Shown here one piece after another: positions 14,267 through 25,760 of a stretch of DNA of 64,000 nt. The translations under genes and the position numbers were made by a program. The first letter of the stretch is position 1. Each line of letters opens with the position of its first letter. Under the pieces are notes generated by a model, which made no database searches, was not told where the DNA came from, and was given only the letters and a program-made list of their open reading frames with translations. The DNA is from Flaccisagitta enflata (lineage: Eukaryota), in the NCBI GenBank assembly GCA_965153355.1, contig OZ231126.1:17670001-17734000 (forward strand). Reading direction: 5' to 3'.

Positions 14267-15903
14267 GACAGAGACAGACACTCTGTCAGACAGACAGACA
14301 GACAAACAAACACACAGCTTTTAAAAACGTTCCTATTTTTTCTGTGATCGACGCCAAAAGAAAATCGACCAAATTAAAAGATTTAGAATTTGCTGCGTTC
14401 ATCAACGACTGAATCTTGACTAAATGCAGTAAATTGAAAGCAAATCATGGACGAAAATGAGGCTAGTGTCCAGAGCATGAACAAGGCCGGATACACGGCC
14501 AATACCAGTTGCGGACGGGTGGGCAGGGGCGGAAATGCGCGTTTTCATACATTCCAACTCGATCATCACGGACGGACAAACGGACGGACGGACGGACGGA
14601 CGGACAAAGCCTCTTATAGAGTTGCCTGTCCGCAACTAAAAAGAATGAAAGGACAACACTATTCCAAGGCTTCCGAAGGCAAATAAGTGCGACGAAAGAA
14701 ATTTAATAATTTTGAACCATAATAACCGACACCAGACCCGAAGCGACATCCCCGATGCTGGCATAAGCAGGCCTAGAGGCGTCAACTATTCTATTCTATT
14801 TTAAATAGGCAGGTAGGACGGATAGATGGACAGATATGCAAAGAGATGCAAAATAGGGGAAATAAATAAACCGACGGACAGGCAGGCAGACAGACAGACA
14901 GACAGACAGACTAGCAGAAAGAGTGATAGCCGTATAGACTCAATAGACGCAAGGAGAAACCGAGCGAAAAAATGATGCGGGGTCACAATATCGTTGTGGA
15001 CGGGTGGGCAGGGGCATCCAACCTCCAGCGTCACCCCAACCCCCACCCCACATACCTCCCACACGCAAAAAGAATCTGAAACGCTCGTTTTTCCACTTTT
15101 AAACTCGATCATCATGGACTAACAGACCAACGGACCAACAGACCGACGGACAGACGGACAAAGTCTCTTATAGAGTTACGTGTCCGCAACTAAAAAGAGA
15201 GAAAAAGAGAGAAAAAAAGAGAAAAAAAGCGGAGAAAAGCGAAACCTTCAGAATAAGGAAAACAAAAAAAAAAGAGATTAAAAAGTCAAAACTCTCGGAC
15301 CAAAACAGATGCTCGAATCTGTGGATAATGACGCTCGGTTTTGAAGAGAAGCATCTTTTGAAAAGGGTGAGCGGCCTAGCGGTGGCTTATAGCAGCGGGG
15401 AGTGCGATGAATTTGAAGTGAAAATCAAGAGAGAGAGGAGCAGAGAGAGAGAAAGGGCACTGAGTGGGTGTTTCTATCGTCATATAGCGTGTCCGATGGG
15501 AAGCATTTTAGTAAACAAGAGTGCATGCGATGGTTAAAATAGTACATGTCCTCGGTGAGTCCATCTGTCTGTCGCCTCTTTTAACAGTTATGTGATTATG
15601 AGTCGATAAATAACTGGAGAGATCTGCAACTTTGTAGTTTGTAAATACGTTTAAGAGTAACTATAAGAGCGTCCTGTTGTCGGTCCGTCGATCCGTCAGT
15701 TCGTTCTTCCGATCGTCAAGTGCAAAGCGTCGACAGTTATGCGTAAAGTGAATGCGCGGCTAGCTTTCACAAGGATGTTTTTTTCTGAGTCATTCCAAAC
15801 ATTCATGTCTCTCAACGTCAGAAACAGCGTCCTTCTTTGTCATCCTGCAACTTAATAATGTGTGCTCATGAATCTCAATGAGATGAGGGAGAGTACTTTG
15901 TGA

Positions 15904-15993
<90 letters not shown>

Positions 15994-16041
15994 CTGACTG
16001 CGTGTGTGTCGTCTGTACAAGAGAGGGTGATTTTGACGTAC

Positions 16042-16175
16042 AAGATGTCGTTTTCTCTCTTTCTCCCTCTTTAGCTCTTTGTCTGTCTTGAGTTTGACGA
16101 AGATTTGCGGTGAGAGCTGACGTCTGTTTTTGCCAAGACGTGAAAAACTGCAGAGGCTCAGCCTCTGACTCAATA
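16042..16175 (-). CDS. Candidate optional exon (IESEAEPLQFFTSWQKQTSALTANLRQTQDRQRAKEGEREKTTS)
   Basis: Branch-like gctgac, long pyrimidine tract, aaaag| acceptor, T|GTACGT donor; 134 nt, phase 2 to 1; same length in the duplicate. Needs a partner exon to restore phase. Confidence 0.4.
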
Positions 16176-16262
16176 CTTTTGAGTTGACGGGAAAACAACA
16201 AAAAAAGAAAGTCATAGTAAAGGTCAGCACCGCGCCGAAAATGATTTACAAAGATGATGATG

Positions 16263-16357
<95 letters not shown>

Positions 16358-16369
16358 AGAGATCCAGAA

Positions 16370-16464
<95 letters not shown>

Positions 16465-16749
16465 AGGTAATGAGAAAGAGGAGAAAAGATGATTGAAAGA
16501 AAAACCCAAGATGACAAAGAGAGAGCCAAAAGAAATGAGTCAAAATGAAGAATAACCTAAACTCATGATTAAGAACCGACAAAGATCAAGATGAAGAACA
16601 CGTAACACATAAGAAAATGAAATGTGTGAACGTGAAAATGTCTCTGATTCGCCGGAGGATGAAAGCCAAAGAGAGAGAGGGAAACACACACCCACAGAGA
16701 GAAAAAAAAAAGAAAGACAGAACGAAAGAAAGAAGGACAGACAGGCTAA

Positions 16750-16778
16750 AGGGTAGAAAGAAAGAAAGAAAGAAAGAA

Positions 16779-16865
<87 letters not shown>

Positions 16866-16915
16866 AAAAAAAAAGAAAGAAAGAAAGAAAAAAAGAAAAA
16901 AGAAAAAAAGAAAAA

Positions 16916-16971
<56 letters not shown>

Positions 16972-17325
16972 AACAAACAAATAAAGAAACAAAAGAGAAA
17001 CAAAGAAAAAAACAAAGTATAAAAGAAACAAAGAAAGAGAAAGAAAGAAAGAAAGAAAGACTGAAAGAAAGACAGACAGACAGAGAGAAAGATAGAAAGA
17101 AAGAAAGCAAACAAGCAAGCAAGCCAGACAGACAGACAGACAGACAGAAAGAAAGCAAGAAAGCAAGAAAGCAAGAAAGCAAGAAAGTCAGGAAAAAAGA
17201 AAGTAGAAAGAAAAGAATCAATGTAATGAATTGATAAAGTTATGAATGAATGTATGATTTTATTGAATGAGTTATTGAATTCATGATAAAAAGTAAGAAA
17301 GAGGGAAAGATAATAAAAGAAAAAA

Positions 17326-17381
<56 letters not shown>

Positions 17382-17389
17382 ATTGAGGA

Positions 17390-17445
<56 letters not shown>

Positions 17446-17500
17446 AAAATAGAAAAAAAAAAGGAAAAAAGAAAAAAAGAAAAAAAGAAAAAAAGAAAAA
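16750..17500. repeat. Compound (AAAG)n/(AGAC)n microsatellite field, representative of many (GA)n, (GT)n, (GATA)n and (GAT)n tracts
   Basis: Directly visible in the sequence. Confidence 0.95.
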
Positions 17501-18159
17501 CTAATGAAAAACTGAATGAAAGAAGGCCAAATACTTGGCTAACCTAGTCGTGTGCGGGTGGGCAGGGGCAGTGGAAAAAAGGTTAACCAAGCATTTAGGC
17601 AGCACAATAATGCAAAAATCGGCCAGAAAAGCTGAGTGTTACGGATGGACGGACCAACCGACGGACTGACCGTGGGTCAGACATAGCGTGACCGCGACTA
17701 AAAAAGGCATTTGCGTACATGAATCGATTAATTAACTAAAGGCACTATTCCACTGTGTAGATGAAAGGATCCAACCGTAAACCCGTGAACGCGTGGTACC
17801 AAATGGCGATACCGTTGGAGAACACGTCGGAATGGGCATTTCATATGTCATGAATTTGTAGTATTAAATAGTATTTTGGAAATAAATTTGCGGTCCAATT
17901 ATGAAGAATAAACAATGTTGAATAAACAATGTTAAAAGGTTTCAATTATTATCGTTTCGTGAGCCATTAGTTTAAACATATGAAAAGGCGTCTGTTTTTG
18001 GTCGAGATTTTTTTGCTAGTTTTAATAACATAACTCGGAGATAAGGAAAATTGAAAACTGAAATTTCTTTGTTATCATTAGGTTTAGGCGTTCAAAGGGT
18101 AAAAGATTTCGGAAGAAAATGTCGACAGATAACGAAAGGCTGAACAAGAAGAGAGGGGC

Positions 18160-18257
<98 letters not shown>

Positions 18258-18568
18258 ACATAGACAGACTGTCACGCAGAGGCAAAGGTCATCTGGAAGG
18301 CAGACAGACAGACCGACAGACAGACAGACATATGCTCACTTGCAGTGGGAAACCACTCCACAGGCACACGGACAGAAGAGAGAGGGTAAGAATTCATACG
18401 AACGGGGGACAGATAACAAACAGAAAGAGGAAGGGCAGGGTAAAACCCTAAAGAGAAAATTTTGAAATGGAAGAATCAATCATTATCGCCAAAATTCCTT
18501 GTTGAAATAGAATCTGAATACGTAATCTGAATAACGTCAGAGCCTAATGAAGAATTTACCAATTCCCC

Positions 18569-18738
18569 AACAAGGCCGGATACACGGCCAATACCAGTCG
18601 CGGACGGTTGGGCAGGGGCGGAAAAGCACATTTTTCCACTTTTCGACTCGTGTTCACGGACCGACCGACCAACCGACCAACCGACCGACGGACGGACGGA
18701 CAAAGCCTCTTATAGAGTCGCTTGTCCGCGACTAAAAA
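18569..18738 (-). mobile_element. HINE private to copy 1
   Basis: Empty site ccaattccccaaaaaagg in copy 2; inserted in an A/T run with no distinguishable TSD. Confidence 0.85.
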
Positions 18739-19343
18739 AGGTGCAGATGAAAAAAAACTCAAATTTAGGAACAGTCAAAAACTGTCGATTGAAGAAAGAA
18801 GGCAGTAATAATAACCTCGCTTGCCAGGGCACGAAATCATTCAGGAGGGAGGGGGGGAGGCAGAGATCGATCTCGTGCGTACGTGCGTGTGCCAATGCAA
18901 GCGTGGTGGCGGCAGACTAACTCTCTGACTCTCTCTCTCTTTTCATCAAGGTTCCCCGCATCAAAAGCAATTTCGCAATTTAGAAAATTGAGATGTTCGA
19001 GCTCATTCTTACCAAACTAAAACGCCTTAACTTTAACTTAACCTCTCGTGCCTCGTGCGAAAGCTAATTTTTCTGGTCTGTATCTGCACTGCTTATCTCA
19101 TCCCTTGTTTCAACTTCAAGTACCCATCTTTTCGCTTTAAAATCTATTTTAGAAACACAGACGGAGTCCAGACATAACTTTTCTTTTCAATGTAAACATA
19201 AGAAAACCTGAATATTTGAGAAAAGGAGCAGATGCGGAGAAAGATAATGAGGTGAATAGATAGTACGTAAATGGAATGATTTTTTATTAATGGATGGATA
19301 GATAGATAGATGGCATATAGATAGATAGATAGACAGATAGCTG

Positions 19344-19413
<70 letters not shown>

Positions 19414-19490
19414 AAGCTTGATAAATAAATAGATAGACAGAAAGAAAGATAGACAGATAGATTGATAGATAGATACATAGACAGATAGAT

Positions 19491-19537
<47 letters not shown>

Positions 19538-19544
19538 CAGTTAC

Positions 19545-19589
<45 letters not shown>

Positions 19590-19620
19590 AAGATAGATTG
19601 ATAGATAGAGAGATGAATAG

Positions 19621-20233
19621 GTCGTGGTGCAGAACAGCGCCAAATTTGACAAATCTTTCTGTACTGTGATAGAATACGCTGCTACGCAGCGGAAATGTGG
19701 CAAAAACTAAAGTGTTATGCATGCTTTATACTCCCTAAATTAATTAAAAACCGGTTAACTGACCAATAGTATTGATCTCGCATCGGTAAAGTCGCAGCAT
19801 ACTCAGTGAAACAACAGAATTCTTGGAAAAAAAATTGCACGGAAAACTTTAGATGTTGCCACGTAAAAAACCGAATCTGTCTCTGAATGCAAAATTTTGC
19901 ATTTCTAAGCACATGGCCTGTTTCTTTAAAGTGTTTAGACTGATGCCATGTTTTTCAAAATGCAAAATTTTGAATTCAGAGACAGATTCGGTTTTTTACG
20001 CGAGACATGTCAATGCACAAGAATCAATTTTTGTTAAAAATCCATCAATTTCGCATGCTTTTTTCTCACATTTCCTAAGCATATGGTACAGAAAAACGTT
20101 TTTCTATGCAAAAAATTGATGATTACCAAGCACAAATCCTTTATCTATATAAAAATTCTTTGAATGGATAAGATAAAAAATATCATATCAATCGTTTTGA
20201 CTTGTCAAATTGCGTACTCGTTTGCACTGTGAC
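19621..20233 (+). mobile_element. Unclassified 613-bp element, GTC...GAC ends, 4-bp TSD (ATAG)
   Basis: Absent from copy 2; near-identical inverted copy at 36112-36723; strong internal hairpin at about 19860-20000. Confidence 0.9.
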
Positions 20234-20253
20234 ATAGATAGATAGAGAGATAA

Positions 20254-20289
<36 letters not shown>

Positions 20290-20415
20290 TTAGATGGATA
20301 GTTGGATGGATAAGTTGTGGTATTTTCATTCGTCGCTATCGATCGTTCTCTACCAACAGACAAAACTAATGCAATGGTTGCAGTGGTTGCACTAGTATGA
20401 TGGTTGTCTTTGCTT

Positions 20416-20719
20416 CAGGGGTGTATATAGTTGAGCGGCTTTTGATTTTCTTCCCCCCCCCCCTGCCTTTGATTTTCTTCCCCGCAACGAGTCGCATTGC
20501 GTTACAAAATCTTTGAATTTCTTCCCCTTAAAGCTACAAAACAGCATATTTTAGGTTTAAATAGTGTTAAATTGTGTTGTAGTAATTGCATTTTACCTTT
20601 TGGTAATACCAAAAGTGTTAGATCTTCAAAAATTTTCTTTTTTCTTTTTTTCAAACTTTTGATTTTTTTCCCCCATCTCCAAACCCTTTGATTTTATTCC
20701 CCAACTTTATACACCACTG
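20416..20719. mobile_element. hAT-like MITE
   Basis: TIR CAGGGGTGTATATAGTTG / CAACTTTATACACCACTG; 8-bp TSD CTTTGCTT; absent from copy 2. Confidence 0.9.
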
Positions 20720-21002
20720 CTTTGCTTCTAACCTTGGTAACGTTTTTCCGCGCCCGCAAGGAGTTAATCAGTAGATTTAGTAGAATCATCAAACACCAGC
20801 TTCATCGAATCATCGACCATATCTTTTCCAACTCATGACCTGGGCCGAGCGTGACACTGCGGTAAACCTCTATCCCGTGGACGTTGCAACAACGCCATTT
20901 TCCACCACGTGGCGTAACGATGCAATTCATTGCAATATCGTGTCGGGGACGGTACGGTATGGGACGGGTCCTCAATTATCATAAGTATCTGTATTTACTC
21001 AT

Positions 21003-23824
21003 CGTTTGAATGCGCCGGAAGAAGACTGGAAGAAATTCAATCATGAACTTATGAAATTGGAAAGTAGCACGATTGTGAACTTCTCCCAGGTAACAGACTC
21101 CATTGACCTGCCATACTCAAGGCTGATGAAAAGAATCGACGTAGCAGCAAGAATCAGCTTAGGAAAAACCACTGTTAAAAACAAAATTGAAAAATATGAT
21201 TCCGATGAAATTAGAACTTTAAGAGCAAATAAAAAATGTATAAAGAATGAGCTTAAAGTATATCAGAACAACCGGGCTGGACTGATTGTGCAGTATAAAG
21301 AGATTCAAAGTCAGATCAGAGACAAGATTCTGATCAAGAAGACTGAAATGATAAATTTGCGTTTTAATAAAATGCTTGCAGATAAAAGCGGGACTAGTTT
21401 CTGGAAAGCTTTAAAAAGAATCACCCGCAGCAGCACAACTGAATGCCTGACCATTAAAGATGAAAACGGAAAGCGCATGTTTCATCCGGAGGATATAAAG
21501 GAGACTAAGGCCAAACATTACGAGTCCCTTTATCAAAAAATCCCAGTTGAACACCATCCATATCATGACATAGTAGAACGGGATATATTAGCATACTCAC
21601 AAAATACAGATTATGAAGATCTATGGTACAATGTCCCACCAACTGAAAAAGAGATACATGAAATAATAAAGAGTAAAAAGAATGGCAAAGCCACAACTGA
21701 TCTAAAAAATGAGATGATGAAACGATGTGACGTAGCCTTTACAAAAATACTCACACCCGTTATCACAACATCATGGATCAAAGAACTTATCCCTACTATC
21801 TTTAATATGGGACACATAACGAGTCTATGGAAAGGCAAAGGCGATCGAGAAAGCCTCAACAACCATCGCGGTATAACTGTATCTAGCAGTGTCGGAAACA
21901 TCCTTGAGGAAATCATAGATAAAAGAATGGAGAAGTTGATACAGTTTACCCAGGGTCAAGGAGGAGGAGTCCGTGGTGCATCAACTTATGATCATCTTTT
22001 CATAGTAAGGGCGGCGATGCAAATAGCCGTTGAAAGAAAACAAACACTTTTCCTAACTTTCTTTGATGTCAAGAAGGCATTTGACAAGGCGGATGTCAAC
22101 AACATGTTACACATAGCATGGAACTCTGGTGTTCGCGGCAAATTATGGCGACTATTGCGGAATATGAGCATTAACCTGGAAGCAACTGTAAAAACTCGTT
22201 ATGGAATGACAAGAACCATAAAAAGAGAAAATGGAGGTCGTCAAGGCTCTCGTTTGACAGGAAAACTTTTTTCTCGACAAATGGATATGTTATCTGAGCA
22301 ATTCATATCAAAAGAAATACCGGGCGCATTCAAAATCAGTGATGACCTTGATATCGGATGTCTGGAATGGGTGGACGATGCTCTCACACTAACGATTGGT
22401 GTGGAGAACACGGGAAATGTTCTGAATAAAGTAGACGAATTCGCAAAAGTAAATAAACTCGAATGGGGCCTCCAGAAATGTCAAGTCATGATGATCGGTA
22501 AAAAGATCAAAGTCCCGGAAAAATGGAACCTAGGATCAGACTATATTGAGAACACAACATCTTATAAATATCTTGGAGACGAGCTCACCAGCAATTGTAA
22601 AAACGACAAAAACATATTACTGCGAGACAACAAAGTCAGTGCACTAGTCAGGCAGATAAATACAGCTGCATCATCAGATATCATGATAGGCATCGAAACC
22701 AAAGTAATCCTTAAAATGTATGAGACACGAATAATCCCATGCCTTCTTAACAATGCGGAATCATGGACGCTTTCAACTAGTGATGAAAAGAAACTTGATG
22801 CAATCGGCATAAAGACGATGAAACGATTGTTCAACTTACCCACAACATCACCAAATGTGGCAGTTATTTACACATTCGGCCTTCTGTACATTACACAAGC
22901 CGTTGACAAGAAACGATTTATATATCTACATAGAATGCTCAATCGTGAAGAATCGAAATGGTCCCTTAAGGCACTCCTTGTACTGCGGGAAATGAATATT
23001 GGCTGGGCTGAGAATATGTTTCAAAAACTAAACGAGTACAGCCTGGAATCTGACCTTACAACGATAAAACAGTACACACTCAATGAATGGAAAGAAAAAG
23101 TACGGGTGGCAGTTTTGAAAAGAAATGGACAGAAACTCTTGGAAAATTGTGTAGTAATGAATAATGATGTAGCCAAGGTTCTGACGAAAACAAAACATAC
23201 ATGACGCGCTTACAAACACAAAATATAATTGTGAACCTTTGAATTGTATTATTGGGACCAACAAACAAAGGGCACGCACAATTTTCTTGTCACAGAATGG
23301 TATGCTCGAATGTGGTAAAAACATGAAGGGTACTATACCCGAGATATGTAATGAATGTCTGGTCCCTGACGATGAGAACCATAGATTGAACTCCTGTAAA
23401 AAGTGGACGCGGGAAAATAGGGACGGTGCTCCATGTGACTTTCGTGATATATACAGTGATAATCCTGGTACGGTGAATGAAATAATAGATGAAATTGAAA
23501 AAGTATGGGAAACCAGATACGCAAACGGTAGAATGAAAAAAATCTGAAAAATGATTACACTAGATGGGTATCCATCTTTATTGCGCTATTTATTTATTAT
23601 GGGTCACTTCTGTTATTTCTATTTTTGGTTCGTCCTGACTTTATTTATTGTTAGTGTCGTTATCGCATTTGTCTTTTTAGTCCATATCGTCTTTAATCAT
23701 TGTTAGTATCGTTATGTTTGAGGGACCCTGTACAATCATGAATGTACAGCTCATTTTGCAACTCTGTTTGTAAAGGTGTATATTTTTACACTATTGAGCC
23801 ATTAATACAATACATACAATACAA
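21003..23824 (+). mobile_element. 5'-truncated non-LTR retrotransposon (LINE)
   Basis: RT ORF, C-terminal Cys/His motif, AT-rich 3' UTR, and a short tandem tail aatacaatacatacaatacaaaa. Confidence 0.9.
21006..23547 (+). pseudogene. LINE ORF2-like reverse transcriptase, no N-terminal endonuclease, one frameshift near 23198
   Basis: Motifs KGKGD...NNHRGIT, QGGG, FFDVKKAFD, GGRQG, WVDD, KCQVM, YKYLG. The second frame continues IHDALT...CNECLVPDDENHRLNSC, consistent with a 2-nt deletion. Confidence 0.92.
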
Positions 23825-23945
23825 AACTTCAAAAATACGCTAGAAAACCTCACATTTTTAAGGAGGACATATCACTTGTCAGACTGATGGACAGACAGAC
23901 AAGGAGATATAAGCAGGGGCAGAGAAAGAGAGAGAGAAAGAGAGC

Positions 23946-24037
<92 letters not shown>

Positions 24038-24227
24038 ATAGAGGCTTTTTCTTCTTTTTCTTTTTCTTTTTCTTTTTCTTTTTCTTTTTCTTCTTCTTCC
24101 TTCTTCTTCTTCTCAATACCGTTACCGTCACGGCCAAGCAGCCCATTATCGTTTTAGAGCGACCCTGCCCTTTTTCCGCAACCGGAACGAACTTCCGGTT
24201 TCACGCTCGGGCCAGCTCATGACTCAC

Positions 24228-24451
24228 CATTGTTTTTTCTTTTGCCTCGTCTTCCTTGAATTCAAGTCTCGCGTTCCATCCACGTCACCCCCGGACACCA
24301 CGCGCCCCCTACGCCCCTCGTCGATGGCCCCTCGGGGAGGAGGAGGAGGAGGAGGAGGTGGAGGATGATGAAGATGTTGAGGTTGAGGGGCTCCGACAGG
24401 ATTGGTAACGCGAAACGTGGAGATAGATTTTGATGGGTATCCTGGTTGAAT
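24228..24451 (-). CDS. Internal exon (IQPGYPSKS...HHPPPPPPPPPPRG...RKTRQKKKQ)
   Basis: Acceptor cactttag|, donor TG|GTGAGT; 224 nt, phase 0 to 2, open frame. The duplicate exon differs by a 6-nt in-frame indel. Confidence 0.7.
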
Positions 24452-24617
24452 CTAAAGTGCGTTTTAGTGAGAATAAGTTTGTTTGTGTGTGTGAGAATGT
24501 ATGTGTGTGTGAGAATGTATGTGTGTGTGAGAATGTATGTGTGTGTGTTTGTTTGTTTGTTTGTTTGTTTGTTTGTTTGTTTGTTTGTTTGTTTGTTTGT
24601 TTGTTTGTTTGTTTGTT

Positions 24618-24655
<38 letters not shown>

Positions 24656-24746
24656 TGTGCGCGCGCGTGTGCGAGGATCGTGGAAAAGTGACCGACGGGG
24701 GAGGAGAAACATGAAGGGATCCGCTGATTAAAATCTTGAATCAATC

Positions 24747-24983
<237 letters not shown>

Positions 24984-25760
24984 AGAGAAAGAGAAAGACA
25001 CAGTCACAGAGGCAGATACCAAGCTAACATCGATTTTGCCTTAATTTATTCGTTTGCCCAGCGTGTTCCTGACTTTCAGGTAAAAAGCAGGAAACAAATG
25101 TTACTTGGACTGGATTCGGGTAAATTCGATCATCTACAACATGTGCTGGGCACCTTTTCCTGACCAGGTAATCAAGTTCTCCATTCACTTTTTGTTGAGG
25201 TGCGCCCCAGCGTTTATCAAACTCATCTTCCACTCATATAATTTTTTTTTTTGAAACTATGGTTCCAGGCGCTCTATTGGTTGATAGAATTAGAACAGGC
25301 TGTTCACCAGTTAACCAGAAAGCTGTTCTGAACAACTTTCTGATGAACTTTTTGTCACTTTTGTCAAAGTGCAAAGTACAAGTGCAAAGTGCAGTGGCTA
25401 TTGACTTGTGGGTAAAACGTTTGACTGCCGTAAGGTCAATAACACTCAAGGAAACCTCAAGGGTTTACCCCCGAAGAACAAGATGTAGACGTCCCACGTT
25501 GAAAAGCTTAAGAAAAAATTGTCACTTTCCTTCGCCTACGTTAAACCTGCCACACATCGAACGCGTTCATTGACGTTCGACATGTCAATGGTCTGTACTT
25601 GCTTTTCATCCAGTCAATTGCGCAAGATATGGAGCCATTAAAAACATTTCCGGCATTACAAGAGAGGTTTTTGAGTAGATTGAGCTTGAAAAAGAGCTCC
25701 ATCATTACAGTCTAAAATCACGTAACCTGTCACACGTCAACTTTTTCGCGTGTTACTTAG

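Larger units (their letters stand above)
20840..24215. mobile_element. TIR DNA element with 8-bp TSD enclosing a LINE
   Basis: TIRs CTGGGCCGAGCGTGA / TCACGCTCGGGCCAG (14/15 match). TSD CTCATGAC at 20832-20839 and 24216-24223. Empty site with one CTCATGAC in copy 2 (55035-55042). Confidence 0.93.

Noticed and set aside
25024-25233. 69-aa ORF present in both copies (also 55666-55914)
   Set aside because: GTG start, no convincing splice sites, 3' ends differ, and similarity is no greater than the duplication background.
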